Shown piece after piece: positions 38,091-51,980 of a stretch of 64,000 nucleotides of DNA. The stretch is from Botryllus schlosseri (taxonomy: Eukaryota): positions 28,460,001-28,524,000 of the forward strand of contig CM119372.1 in the NCBI GenBank assembly GCA_051294905.1. Reading direction: 5' to 3'. A program made the translations under genes and the position numbers. The notes below the pieces were generated by a model. That model was not told the DNA's origin. It saw only the letters and a program-made list of their open reading frames with translations, and searched no databases. How positions within the stretch are numbered: the stretch's first letter is position 1; every line of letters starts with the position of its first letter.

Positions 38091-39423
38091 CTCTACACAG
38101 ACAATTTTGACCATCAGGTTGGAGTACAGCAGTACAGGCTCGGATTCACATACAAGCAAGGCTGTAGAGTCGCTAGATTTTACTACCGACTCCAAAATCC
38201 GACTCCGACTCCAGGCGTTTTCATTATACCGATTCCAACTCCGACTCCACGTCCACACATATTCAATATACCGACTCTGATTCCGGCTCTGACTCCGACT
38301 AGTTTTTCAAGATAACTCCGACTCTGACCCGACTCCAACGGTATTACCAATTTACTTCAAAAATTAGATGTCGCAGTGACGGTTAAATGACTATCAATAA
38401 CCATTAGGCATGTGCAAACATATGATTAACGATGGCATACAAAGTTGTTTTATTGTGACACAAAAGTATTCTTTATGCAATTAACATGAAAGAATGCCTT
38501 TCAAAATATCCTTCCTTTTTCATGTTTTATAACATGGACTCTCTAATGCCCTTATCTGTATGAATCATTCAACGATGACATAGATCCAATCCTGTATCAA
38601 TAAAATGTAGATAAAACAATCTTGGTGTAGCTCTTGTGTATGAGTCGGCAACTAATACGGCATGTAACTTACTAATTTTCTCATTACACACTATACTGAT
38701 TACAAGCACACACACTCTCGCTACTAGTAAACATTCGTCAGAAACGAAATTTGGGAAGTAGTCAAATAGCTTATGTCTATCTACATGCACTTAGTCAAGT
38801 ATTCAAGGAATAGGACTTGCAGTCTTTCTTAGTCATTTGTTCGACCCAAGCAACTGAACTACACTACAGATATTTTTAATTTTGTCCAGTGGGAAGCAGC
38901 GTAGGGTGTGTGGCCATGGACATTGAAGATGTTCGACATTTGCTGTCTTGAGGGATTATTTAATGGAAGTATCAAGTATAAAAAAAAACTTGAACATTAG
39001 TTACACATCTGCCAGATAATATAAACATTCCGTAATTTCCTCAGAATTGTGTCGCGAGCCGGATGCGGCCCGCGAGCCACATGTTTGATACAACTGGTGT
39101 ACTGTACACTGTACAGTAGGGTTGTTCAGATTTGAAAAATTGTCCGGAAACTGCGTTCGCCGTATTCCAAATGATAGTTTAGTATATAAAAACACTTTTA
39201 TACGCGATTTTGGTCATCTTCATCCTGACCTTCCTTCCCCTCACAGCCCCCAAAGATCCACTGGGCAATTCTCCTTACTATACGTGGTATGTATGGTTGA
39301 CTATGTCACCGGTTTATTGCTTTGTGACGTTATCAGATGAAAACGGCAGTTTGGAGATAGGATTTTGCAATAAAATAAATATGTTTTTAAAATTGTACTT
39401 AAATGCAGTCCTATAGAGGCCAG

Positions 39424-42400
39424 TAGGGTTGTCCAAAATTTGAAAAATTTCGAAAATGCTGCGTTGTAATGTCTTATTCTATAGATTATTGATTAAAAAC
39501 ATCAACAAGCCTGAAAGAAGCTCTCAGGAACGTCGTTAAGATTTCTTACAAAGCGTTTGAAAGTAGCTGCCAAAGAGTGGGCGGGCCACCGACGGCGAAA
39601 TTGCAACTAGGCGGGCAATGACGAAACCACGATTCTTGATTGGGTAATCGGTTATGCTTCAATGATGACGGCGGCTGTCAGCTCTGATTTGGGTGCTTCA
39701 CCGTGTTTGACAGAAGGAGTAGGTTTTGCTGCTGCTGAGTCTGTTGGTGACGGCTGTAATACTGTAAAAGCGTGTTGTGGTTTGATGAGTCAATAGTAGT
39801 AATGTAACAGTGGTTCTTCGAATGTATCAGTTGTAGCAGTAGTTTCTGTTTTGTGGAGGTCGAGTCTGTTAGTAGAGACGGGAATTTGTAAAGCGCATTG
39901 TGGGTTGATGCATCAATAGTTGTAATGCAACACTTGATCCTTGCTCAATGTTTTAGTTGCAGCAGCATTTTCTGTTCTGATGAGGTCGATTTTGTTAGTA
40001 GTGGTTGTGGTTATGTACAAGGGCATTGTGGGTTGGTGAGTTAATAGTCGTAATGTAACACTTGTTACTTAAATGTTTTAGGCGTAGCTGTAATTTATGA
40101 TAGAAGGCAAAAATATTACTGTCATGGCAGAGGCAAAACGGCGGAAGACTGTGCACTTGCCACAGAGAAGAACAAGATCTCGATCTGAGCATTACTTGGT
40201 CGGATATGCTTGCGATTACATCTGTGGCTCGAGATTACCAACCTTGCGAGAAGTAATGAGTTACTTTCTGCATCTGAAAGACCATTGCCCTCAGTCAACC
40301 CCTACTCGTGAGCTATGTAATGTGGTGGTTCATCATGTCATGACAGTGTGGCAAATGGCGAGAATTGCCACAATACTTAAAGGAAATGCGGTGAAATTAC
40401 TTGAAAAACTGAACAAAAAATATATTTTTCTGAAGGCGACCATGAAACGGGAAAGTGATCCCAAGGGTAAGAGGAAAAAATTCACGGAAGATTTGGACAA
40501 GTTGTGGGATATTGGAAGTACAGATGCGATAGCAATAATACAAAATGACATTTATCTATCACATGATAGAAAGCTCGAAGACATTGCATTCTATGAAGAT
40601 CAACAGCAATCTCGCAAATGCATAATGTTGGGAAGAGACAAGATTCTCGCTAAAGACATCGAAAAGAAAACAGCAACCATGGCGGATAGAACTGTTAAAA
40701 ACATTCAACATGACTCAAGTGATGACTATGTTGTTTTAGCATCTTCTTCATCTTCAAAAGAGGGTGATAGTTTGAGTTCAAGTTCTGATTATGATGCTGA
40801 TGTTGGTCTTGGCACCTCGACAGCCATTAAGCTGATGGCACCTAAAAATATTATGAATAATACCCATGTGTCCCAAGCTCTGGATCGATTGCAAATAACA
40901 GACAACAAGGCAACAATGCTGATCGGAGCATTTATTACGGCTTGTGGCGGTGACATAGCAATGTTCTCTCTGTCAAGATCTTCGACAAAGAGAGCCAGGG
41001 AAACAAATCGTCTTGAAATTTCCAAGGATATTTCAGAAAAATTTGCAGAAAATAAACCTCAACATGTTGCTATTCATTGGGATGGAAAGCTCACAAGAGG
41101 ATAGATTAGGAAATCGGTATGAGGCTCTGTCAATTGTCCTATCTTGTCATCCTCAATACTCAGAAGGAAAACTACTTGGCATTCAAAAGATGCAAAATGC
41201 TGCAGGTCAGACGCAAGCAGAAACCACTTTCAACATAATTGAAAGTTGGAATATAAAAGATGCTGTAACAGCTTTGGTTTTTGACACTACAGCAAGCAAC
41301 AGCGGCTGGAAGAAGGGTGCGGCAAAGATTCTTGAAGACCTTCTAGGAAGGAAGGTGTTCTACCATGCATGTCGGCACCATGTGTATGAGCTGGTAGTGA
41401 AAGACGTTTGGAAATCTTTATTTGGAAAGGCCACAACTGGACCAGAGAATGCATGGTTTGCCCACCTTAAAAGGAACTGGAGCAGTCTTGACAGGGAACA
41501 GCAATTCAAGACTCTGACTATTCCTCTATGTTTTGCTGAACGAGCTGCAATGATAGTTGATAAGTTCAAGCTACTGTTGAACAGAAAAGATTTTTTCACA
41601 CGGGATGACTACAAGCAATGTGTGACTAATGCTCTTGCTCTTCTCGGTGCAGATGAAGATATACGTCATCACAAACCTGGTGCAGCACACCATGCGAGAT
41701 GGATGGGTACAATTCTGTATGCTCAAAAGATGTTCATGTGGGCCGACCAATTAGATTACAAATCTGAAGAAGTTGAACTGCTGCGCCGCTTCAATTTATT
41801 TTTGGTTCTCTTTTATATCCCTGCGTGGGTGGATTCAAGCATTGGTCGTGATGCAGCTGGTAATGACTTGAGATTCGTTCAGCACATGTTGAGTTATAAG
41901 GAATATGATGAGCAAGTTTCCACAGCTGCTTCACGAAAGCTTTTGAAGCACGACTGGTATATTGTTGAGGAAACCGCTGTATACGCCTTGTTTTCACCGA
42001 CGGAAAGCAAGGAAACCCGGGAAAATATGGCAAAGGCGCTCCTGCAAGTAGAGCGAACTTCCAGTTTCTGAAGGGGCCCACCCTCATTGAATGCAACTAT
42101 ACAGATCAACAAGGACAGTACGTTGTCTGACCTTATTGGGCCCCAGTCGTGGTACATATTTGAAGTTTTTGAATGCTCTGGGGATTGGCTGCGTCAACCG
42201 GTTGATGATTGGCACTTTTCAGATTCATTCAATAAAATGAATTGCTACGTTAGTTCTGTCAAAGTCGTTAATGATGCCGCAGAAAGAGGTGTCAAGCTAA
42301 GCACAGACTATGCTGCAATCTTGACTGACAATGAACAGCAAAGAGACAGTTTGCTTCAAGCTGTGGAACAGCATAGGAAGATTTTTGGAGACAGCAGGAA

Positions 42401-43128
42401 GTCTACTCTTATCAAAGGCCAGTGATCTGCAACACTGACCCTGCGATATACTTTTTAATGATGCCTTTTGTAAATAGCATTTTTGCCTTTGTTAAATCTT
42501 GAATAAAAAGTGTAATATGCGATCGTTTTAGAGAGAGACGTCGACTTACCATAACAAGCCATAAGGAGAAATTGACTACTGGTTTGCAATTTATGAGTTA
42601 CAGTCGTTGTCAACTGGTATGTTTTAGAAGGCTCGAAGGTAGCACGATGCATGCATCTAGTTCATTCTTATCTTAATTGGCCAAGCTCCTGTGCAAGAAG
42701 TAACAAAACTGTTATACACAGTGTTCAGGTAGAAAATATATTACTGGATCGTTATGCTGTTGTCGATGGCAGCATTAACAACGTCAATTTACCATATCGC
42801 CAATGCCACGAACAGAAATGGCTGCAAACCAACACAACAGAGTAGAACGAAATCGTGACCAGCAATGATCACAAAATCAGTATTTCAGCCAATCAGTAGC
42901 TTATTATTACAGGTTCCAACCAATCAAAATTCTAGGTTCGTGATTGCCCGCCCACTTCATCGATTCCCCGCCCACATGCAGACGGCTACTTTCAAACGCT
43001 TTGTAAGAAATCTTAACGACGTTCCTGAGAGCTTCTTTCAGGCTTGTTGATGTTTTTAATCAATAATCTATAGAATAAGACATTACAACGCAGCATTTTC
43101 GAAATTTTTCAAATTTTGGACAACCCTA
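39424..43128 (+). mobile_element. Full-length hATm-like transposon, copy 1
   Basis: Perfect 144-bp TIRs (39424-39567 / 42985-43128); imperfect TSD sharing GGCCA. Confidence 0.95.
40124..42425 (+). pseudogene. hATm-like transposase, nearly intact
   Basis: Motifs GSRLPT, IHWDGKL, LVFDTTASNSG, ACRHHVYEL, RDDY, PGAAHHARWM, VVNDAAERGVKL; one frameshift at ~41095 and one TGA at 42069-42071 where copy 2 encodes Arg. Confidence 0.9.
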
Positions 43129-44252
43129 GGCCACATGCATCTCAGTTTTGCTCTGCACAACCTGTCTATCATGTGAATGGGAAGCATGTCTTGGTTGCAC
43201 GGTAGACAATAGACATCGACTTGTTTTGAATCGTACATTGAAGAAGCGCCGTTGGGTTGCAAGTCGAGAACAAATGCAGATATTTTCTGCTAGTTTTCAG
43301 CCTGAAGATATTATATACTGGTATTTAATGTCAGTAATACTTTTCTGAACTTCAAATAATCTGTAAAATTCCGAGTTATCTTGTTTTATGGTAGACTGCA
43401 ATTAGGGCCCTTTTCATACCGGATTTACGAAACTCTTTCGGGAACAAGTTCCGAAACAGGCGATGTTCACATAGAGAAAAAATTACCGGAACAGTTCCGG
43501 AAAAAGGACGCGTTCATACCTATTTAGAGTTACCGCGAACTTTTGTTCACACAGGTCGTGTTTTCGGTAAATTCGCGGGAAATTATGGCCAGTATGAACG
43601 CGATTCTCCGTAACTGTTGATAGTTACGAAACCATGTCTGTGGGGTGTTCCAGTTGTAATATGCTTGTGGAAAACAATGTGGGAGAGGCATATACGTGAG
43701 ATGCGGAGAAGTTGGCTCCAACTTTTAGCTATGGGATGTTGCGGATATGCCTTCTCGAAGTGCATGGGACTCTATACTCAATATCTGTATCAGTAATAGA
43801 GCCCGAGTATGTTCCTGACTTGTATATTATCAACCGAAGCTGAGAGCAGAAACTGAAAGCCAGCAAAGAGGATAGAGTCCTGGGATGAAAAGAACCACCG
43901 ATCAGGCGATCACATCTGCGTACGAGCCTACGAGGTACGACAAAGTCAGTTTATCTTTGTGATTGCTGTATAATGGTTTGGGTAAATCTAATCTTATGTA
44001 CACTGTACAGAGAAACCAGGGAAATCGAGAAATTCGTGAGAGAAACATTTGGTATACTCTGCGACGAGCTTCGAGACCATAACGAAAAGCAGCAAGCAAA
44101 TTACACGAACTCAATTTCTCTTGCTTGCTGAGTAGCTGTCGCTCTTTGGCGGCTAGCCAATGAAGCCAATCGTTTATAGATCCAGGTAAACATATGTATT
44201 TTAAGAATGCAACTGTCACAAGTTGATTTTAATAAAAATTGCTGGTGCCTAG

Positions 44253-45454
44253 TAGGGCTAGCCACAATGATTCGAATACTCGAATCTGAATCGAGTATTA
44301 ACATAATTGATTCGAGGCGAGTAGTAAAATACTTCTTTTCGAGGGTTGCCGGTGAACCCAGCCCTCGGTAAACCCAGCCCTCGGTAAACCCAGCCCTCGG
44401 TGAACTCGGCCCTCGGGAAATTTTGTATTCACGGATTGAGTTAATCGAGGGAGATAACGCGACGGTGGTGGGAGGTGGGATATTAGGGTTGGGGGAGGTG
44501 GGATATTAGGGTTGGGGGAGGGGGGATATTAGGGTTGGGGGAGGCGGGATATTAGGGTTGGTGGAGGTGGGATATTAGGGTTGGGGGACGTGGGATATTA
44601 GGGTTGCCGGAGGTGGGATATTAGGGTTGGGGGAGGGGGATATTAGGGTTGTCGGAGGTGGGATATTTGGGTTGCCGGAGGTGGGATATTAGGGTTGCCG
44701 GGGGTGGGATATTAGGGTTGGGGGAGGGGGATATTAGGGTTGCCGGTGAATACAAAATTTCCCGAGGGCCGGGTTCACCGAGGGCCGAGTTTGTGAGGCC
44801 GCGCTTGCGCAATCGTGATCACGTGATCTGATCACGCCATGACTGCGTGATCTACGCATGCCCTGACCTCCTTACAAGATCGCCAAATCAGTTGATAATA
44901 ACATTATTAGTTTAATAATTCATAATAATACTTGTTAACACACTTAATTACAAAAGTTCCCGGGGGCCGAGTTCACCGAGGGCTGGGTTTGTAAGGCTGG
45001 GTTTACCGAGGGCTGGGTTCACTGGTAATCCTTTTCGAGTAGGTTACTGAAATTATACTGAAAGTTGATTTACTAACGAGAATTATACCATAGTTTTGAT
45101 AAACTTTACCACTGAGTAAACCTTGAAACCTTGATTGGCCGTGTCGCAACATACGAGATATAGTGCAAAGCTACGAACGTTGCTGGAAATAACACATTTC
45201 CGAAGTCATGACCATCCCATATAACACTGTCAAGCAGTGCAATGAAAACGGTATGGTCGAAAAAACATTAAAGTATCTTTAATGTGACGGACAATAGGTG
45301 TTATGTTCTTTATGGTGGCATAAAAAGTAGCCTACACATTTGAATTTTTGTCATGGTACATTGTGTTGTGATGTCATCATGATGATACTCGACTCGAAGC
45401 GTAATAAGTGATTCAGAATCGAATCATTCAGGTACTCAATTTTGCCCAGCCCTA
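44253..45454. mobile_element. hAT MITE nested in the Harbinger
   Basis: TAGGGCT/AGCCCTA termini; TSD GTGCCTAG/GTGCATAG; uninterrupted inverted relative at 51427-51942. Confidence 0.85.
44344..45030. mobile_element. MITE with 9-bp TSD (Mutator- or Merlin-like) carrying a telomere-like minisatellite
   Basis: TSD CTTTTCGAG; TIRs with 16-bp AACCCAGCCCTCGGTA repeats; ~12 copies of a ~23-bp GGGATATTAGGGTTGGGGGAGGT unit at ~44470-44745. Confidence 0.85.
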
Positions 45455-45853
45455 GTGCATAGTAATATTTCTATATTTGTCATGGCGGAATGTCAGCCAG
45501 TTTTTGCGTAGCATACCACTGCAAAAAGGTCAGACAAATTTGGTCTTGAATCATTATGTCAGAAAAAGAAGTCTGAAAGACCAATTGTTCTTGCCAAGTA
45601 GGCTACTTTCTGTCTCAAAAGTAAGACCCAAATTGATGGAAAATAGACTCAAAACTGGAAACTGAGCAGTCAACATAATGACTTGACTCGAGTCATAGAA
45701 CCATGAATCGAACTCAGCGCTCTGCTCGATGAGTTGGACTCGGATTTGACTCGGTGGTAAATTGAAAATGACTCGACTTTGATTTAGTCAAAACTATTGA
45801 AGTGGGATCGACTTGTGACTTGGTTACAACCCTGCTCACTTATTTTAATGAGA

Positions 45854-46006
45854 CCAAATTTGTATATTTTTGTAGTGTAGTCAGACATGTACATCAACCT
45901 ACTCATTTAGTTACTTTTAGTTACCAAAACCCAAATTTGTATATTTTTGTAGTGTAGTCAGACATGTACATCAACCTACTCATTTAGTTACTTTTAGTTA
46001 CTAAAA
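45854..46006. repeat. Two-copy 78-bp tandem duplication
   Basis: CCAAATTTGTATATTTTTGTAG...TTAGTTAC repeated at 45854 and 45932. Confidence 0.9.
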
Positions 46007-46125
46007 CTAAGTAGTTCTAGTTGGGGATTTGAAAAAGTGAATAGTTTCTGGTTCTAGTTGCGGATATTTGAAAGTGAGTAGTTCTAGTTCTAATTGCAGA
46101 TTTTGAAAAGTTGATAGTTCTAGTT

Positions 46126-46707
46126 CAGGGCCGGCCAACCCGTGGCCCGCGAGTGAATTTTCGAAATTAGTAGTATTATCAAAAATGCATTGCACAGATT
46201 GTGTATTTGCAAGGCCAATCAAAAACTTGATTAGTCTGGCCGCAACACTTGAGATGTGATGACTGAAATATCAGTTCCGACGCATTGGTAGATCTATGAG
46301 CCAGTCACATTTTGGTAGATCTTCGTACACTACAATAAAGCAGAATACTTTGGGATAGATTTATCAAAAGTAAAAATTTTCTACACGGTTAGCGCAACAT
46401 GTTGTCACTCGATTTCTTGCTTTAATATTGTTACCCCTTTGTGAAAATGAAAGAACGCCTAATGTATCAGATTGAGTCTAACAATATTCTCGGTTACAAG
46501 GCAAAGTGTCCTTGAACATATGCGACCTTGCGTTTGTGCTCTCAGAAACACCGTCGACTTTGAAGCCTTGGCTCAAAATGATTGCCGCATGTTGGACGAA
46601 GCTTTCGATATCGATATTTTATTATTAATTTATCACTTCAAAAGTGGCCCGCAAAATAGTTCGTCAATCGAATGTGGCAATTTGGCTGAAAAGGTTGGCC
46701 ACCCCTG
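46126..46707. mobile_element. hAT MITE nested in the Harbinger
   Basis: CAGGGCCGGCCAACC / GGTTGGCCACCCCTG; perfect TSD TTCTAGTT. Confidence 0.9.
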
Positions 46708-48690
46708 TTCTAGTTGCTAGTTTAAAAAATTGAGTTGTAGTTAAAATTGCGCATTTCGGAATTCCAGTACTTTGTACAAGTCTGAACGCTGTGGGTGGAT
46801 AGAAAATTACCACAGCAACATTTGTACCAAACATGCATTTGCTGCATTCAAGTTTTTCAGGATGACTTCATGATTGGGAGCCAGAGGGTTGCGTACTAGC
46901 CTACATAACTGATGACGCAGCCTATCCCTTTCAGCCCCGGCTCATGAAGCCTTTTCCCTGAAACACAGAGCATAAGCTAAAGCTAGTTTCAAATATGTAA
47001 TATAAATTTCCTTTCTGCTACCCTTAAAATTCACAATTGCTTTTTCAGAAACTTAGCAAAGCACACTTGAAGGTTGAAAGATTTTAGTCGACTGAAGGCG
47101 CGGTGTTCGGCTTTGCTCAGAAACTGCAATCCACTAAGGGCAGAATGATACAGAGGATGGTATACGCAATGAAGACAAGACCTGGTGGTGATCCAAGTAT
47201 CGCTGGCCCAGACGTCGGAAATGCCCTGTGTGACTTTCTCAATAAACAATGCTCTAGCTTAACCAGATGTGTTTGTGCTGTTTCATTTTATTCATGAGAG
47301 AAACTATAACTTAATGCACACTTGCACAGTTCCACCATTTTCATCAGTATCCTCCATCTATATAGACCTGCGAAATGATCAGATTAAGTTACACTTGCCT
47401 AACATAACAAAGGAATGACTTGGTTGCAACAAGAACATGAAGGCATAGGGTAAAACCAAATTATGGCTTGGATGATGTACGATGGTTTACCAGCCCGTTG
47501 GTACAATTTCAATTTTGGTTAGTGATTCAGAGCTAGGTACATCATTCTCTGCTGCCACTATCAAGGCAGATGTTACTGAATCCCCTTTTCAGTATGCGTA
47601 TACCACGGTGACTAACCTACGCACAGCATATCCGTAGTTAGAAACTTGCCTTTGATGTAACAAATTTGGTAAGGGTTAAGATCACCTACCAAATTAGTGT
47701 TGAAGTCCTAAAGTTTTCAGGCAACTCACCCAATACTGCATCATTTGGAGATGGTGTTCTACCTTTTTAGCCGTGCTGCTCTGTTTACAAAACCTCACAA
47801 AAAAGAAGCTAGTAGTCAGTGACTAGGTATTGTGAGCTTACAGAATATAAATCCAAGAATAATGCATTCCCAACACCATTACACAAGAAGACCAAAATGC
47901 CGCACGTAGCTGACCTCGAAATACAAGCAGCCTGAATGAACAGCGCGTTACCGTAACTAAAAGTTTGATTGACAGCGTTCCGGGAACCCAGCTGCGCCAT
48001 TCGTGTTCATACTCGGTCGGTCCCGTAAAAATCTCCGAAAATAAGCGCGTTCATACCGCCCCGAAACACCAGTGTTATGCTCACATAGAGGGGTTCCGGT
48101 AAACATTTTCGAGAAATGTTATTCCCGGAACCCCGGTCTGAAAAGGGCCTAGGTTGAAGAAGATTGTGTGAAACAAAGCGGAGAAGGGTTTTTCTGGACC
48201 CATCCTGAACAAGATTCAAGTCTGCTCACTATTTGGTCTGGTATTCTGGTCCCTATTTGGTCGGATATTCATCTGAACGTATTAGTCACTCCAAGGCACC
48301 TACTCTAGATCAGGTTCTACAGTATTTGCTATATCTAAAAGAAAATTGCCATAAGACTGCCACAACGCAGGTCTGTGTTCTTCTAAGTTAGAAGTTAGTT
48401 TAGATTGCCAAAGTATAGATTAGAACAAGAATACCTATAAGGCAAGCGCAGAACATTGTGTAGATGCATTGTTTCACACATTCTTCAACTGAATTGCAGT
48501 CTACTATGGCGCGCTTCGGCACGCTGTCTGAGTATAGACTACGTCGCGTTCCCTCTAGGGTCCGCAACAGCGAGTCGGCGGGTACGTTGGCTAGCACTTT
48601 ATTGTACGACAGAAAACATCAGCGGACTGACGGTAAAACATCGGATAAGATAAACAGCGTTGGTCGTACAGCGACGGTCGATCGTCAGAT

Positions 48691-48780
48691 AAAAAGGCGG
48701 CGGCACTCGTCATGTAAAAAGGCGGCAGCACTTTTCAGGTAAAAAGGCGGCAGCACTTGTCAGGTAAAAAGGCGGCATGT
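48691..48780. repeat. Four-copy ~25-bp tandem repeat
   Basis: AAAAAGGCGGC(A/G)GCACT unit. Confidence 0.8.
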
Positions 48781-49720
48781 ATCTAACGAAGGTCTTCTTT
48801 AAATAGTCAAAATCCAGACAGATTCGCGCACAACGATCAGCAATGATGGGTAATTGATGATCCGGCGTCGAGAGGGTATGTGCAGTACACCAATCCACCA
48901 TACTACAATAAAATAAGATAACTCGGTATTTTACCTATGATTTGAAGTTTGGAAAAGTATTACTGACATTACATACCTTTAAATAATATCTTCTGGCTGA
49001 AAACTAGCAGGAAATATTCGCATTTGTTCTCGAATTGCAACCCAACGCATCTTCTTCAATGTACGATTCAAAACAATTCGATGTCTACCGTGCAACCAAT
49101 ACATGCTTCCCATGAACATAATAGACAGGTTGTGCAGAGCAAAATGGAGATGCAAATGGCCTTAATAGGACTGCATTTAAGTACTGTACAATCTTGAAAA
49201 CATATCTATTTCATTGCAAAATCTCATCTCCACGCGGCCGTTTTCAACTGATAACGTCACAAAGCAATAAACCTGTGACATGGTCAACACTGCAGATCCA
49301 GTATTTAGGAGAATTGCCCCGTGGATCTTTGTGGACTTTGAGTTGAAGGAAGATCAAGATGAAGATGACCAAAATCGCGTAGAAAAGTGTTTTTATATAG
49401 TAAACTATCATTTGAAATACGGCGAACGAAGTTTCTGGACAATTTTTCAAATCTGAACAACCCTACTGTACAGCATTAAAGCACTGACTGGGCATTTAAA
49501 TACCGGTACTGCGTTCGTTAATATCAAGTCATACACTCGAATTCAATCTGGGGTGATTATTCAAGTGTAACTGCAGCAAGAGCGCGTGTTGCGACCTTGT
49601 CATTACACATCCGCTTTCTACTAAACACCTAACGGTTTGAATATTCGATATTGGTGCGCTCGTTGCCAATCCGTCCGGTGTCGATCAAGTTTACTGGAAT
49701 AAAGAAGGTTCTCCACCAAG

Positions 49721-51980
49721 CAGGGTTGTAATGACTCGAGTCACGGTTTTCTGATGACTCGACTTGACTCGAGTCATTTTCTCAAAATAAGGAAATGACT
49801 CGACTCGACTCGAGTCAATATGTGCATTGACTAGACTTGGGCCCGAGTCATTACACATGACTCGAACCAAGTCATATGATTCGAGACTCAGACGGCGATT
49901 ACGTTTCATTGTTATTTCGAAGAGTAGTAAATTACAAGCACCCTATTGGGAGTTCGTCTATTGCAGTGGTTGGTTGGTTGGTTTCTCCAGCGCCCCCTTT
50001 CAAAAATTGCTTGGGTCTGGCGCCCCCTATTTTAGGGACTGCAGTAAAAAACTGGGTAAGTGGCCGAAGTCCGGTATCGAGTTGAGACTTCACTGTTAGA
50101 ACACTCGACTAATTAACGGTCAAATTGTATGAGCTATTTTCATGAATCATAAATCCAGGTTGGTGTTATAACAATCATCGGGTAAGGCCTACGGGCTTAT
50201 AGCATTTGGTTCGAGATTGATGTACACATCCGAAATTCTCCTCTGCGATTGGCAATACGGGGAAGTTAATTGTATTGGTTTTGTTTATTGCTTTGTGTGA
50301 CTGCTAAGTCAACTGAGAATGTGGTAGAGATTTGCTCACATTAAATTTAGTACTGTACCAAGCTCTTAACTCTAACATGAATTGGGGTAACAACACTAAG
50401 CAGTATCATCCTTTATGATACGATGGAGAAATATTGTGACAATTTAATTTTATAGCTCTCAAATACAAGTATATTTAGTTAATCAATTTAGCCGAAAATT
50501 TTCCAATCATTATTAATATACAAGGGACATCACTCTCAAAAGTTGCACAGTAGCCTACAATGCCTTTTCAATTTCGACAAGTAGTGCGCTGCAGGATACA
50601 ATACCTAGTTCAAAACATTTTGTGGAAAATAACCCGAGCTATCGGTATAAGTATCAATTTATTAATAAACTCATCATTTCAAAACACCACAAAACTGCCC
50701 TACATTGAAAAGATAGTAAGGCGTCGAAACGACTTGGAGTAGCTGGCGTGACGGGAGAGTTACAACGGGGAATCCAAAAGTATGCCTAATTCCTTTTACA
50801 TGAATTAAAATAAACCACAGCATTCATGGAAACATGGTCGGTAGATATTTCGCGATGATCACAAAGAAAAACGTGATTTGACAGATTTTGTTGAGTGTTA
50901 GTTTGCAATGAGAATTCAGGGATATGAAGAACTATTGTTCTACTATTTAATCATACGTCTTTTCTAGCGTACACCATGTACTGCGGAGCCCTTTTCATTC
51001 AGGGCCCCCCATACGCCCCCTGAGCCCACCGCCCCCCATTTCACCCCCTGAGCGTTTCCGCCCCCTTCAAAATCAAAATCTCTCCCTGGGGGGCGCTGGA
51101 GACAAGGTTAAGAATTAATGGTCCATTGGTACTGGTACTTAAATATGCGACAAGAAACTATTGAAAGTGAGGAAAATTAGTAGGCTATATTATAAATGCC
51201 AACCATTCGATATCACAAAACAGAGTTATAACAGTGGGTTTAACAAGACTTTATCTGGAAACTGAGGAGTCAACACAATGACTTGGACTCGGACTAGAGT
51301 CATAATACCATGACTCGGACTCGAACCTCTGGTCGATGACGTGGACTCGGACTTGACTCGGTGGCGAATTGAAAACGACTCGACCTGACTTGAGTCAAAA
51401 CTAAAAAAGTGAGATTGACTTGTGACTAGGGCCGGGCAAAATCGAGTACCTGAGTGATTCGATTCCGAATCACTGAATATGCTTAGAGTCGAGTCGAGTA
51501 ATCGAGTATCACTCGTCATGACGTCATAACAGATTGTAATGTGTCAAAGTTCAAATATGTACCTTTTATGCGACCACAAAGAATATAATGCCTGTCATCC
51601 ATCACATATTAAAGATACTTCGGTATTTTTCGACCATACCGATTTCATTGCACTTGATAACAATGTTGTGGGATGATCATGACTTCGAAAATGTGCTATT
51701 TCCAGTAGCATTCGTAGCTTGAACTATACATCTCGTATGCTAGGAAACGCACAATCAAAGTTTCAAGGCGTTAGCAGTGAAATTAATATCAAAATTATAA
51801 GTCTGTTTGATAAATTAACTTGCAGTTGTGAGGAGCATATAATTTCAGTACTCTAAAAAATCGTCTTTTACTACTCGACTCGAATCATTAAAATGATTAC
51901 TCGAATTAGATTCGAGTACTCGAATCATTGTGCCCAGCCCTACTTTTGACTCGGAGCCTTGTGACTTGGTTACAACCCTG
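49721..51980. mobile_element. hAT MITE (CAGGGTTGTAA, GACTCGAGTC repeats) with nested MITE at 51427-51942
   Basis: TIRs; degenerate TSD CCACCAAG/CCATCTAG; nested element TSD CTTGTGAC/CTTTTGAC. Confidence 0.75.

Larger units (their letters stand above)
43406..48149. mobile_element. Decayed PIF/Harbinger transposon with nested insertions
   Basis: TIR GGCCCTTTTCA(T/G)ACCGG; 3-bp TSD TAG; plus-strand DDAAYPFQPRLMKPFP (DDE_Tnp_4-like, ~46910-46960); convergent minus-strand ORF remnant from 48000. Confidence 0.85.
39117..49465. mobile_element. hATm-type non-autonomous foldback element (~1.9 kb core) expanded to 10.3 kb by nested insertions
   Basis: TAGGGTTGTTCAGA termini; TSD CTGTACAG on both sides; ~570-bp arms (39117-39423 + 43129-43393 versus 48903-49465). 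Confidence 0.85.
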
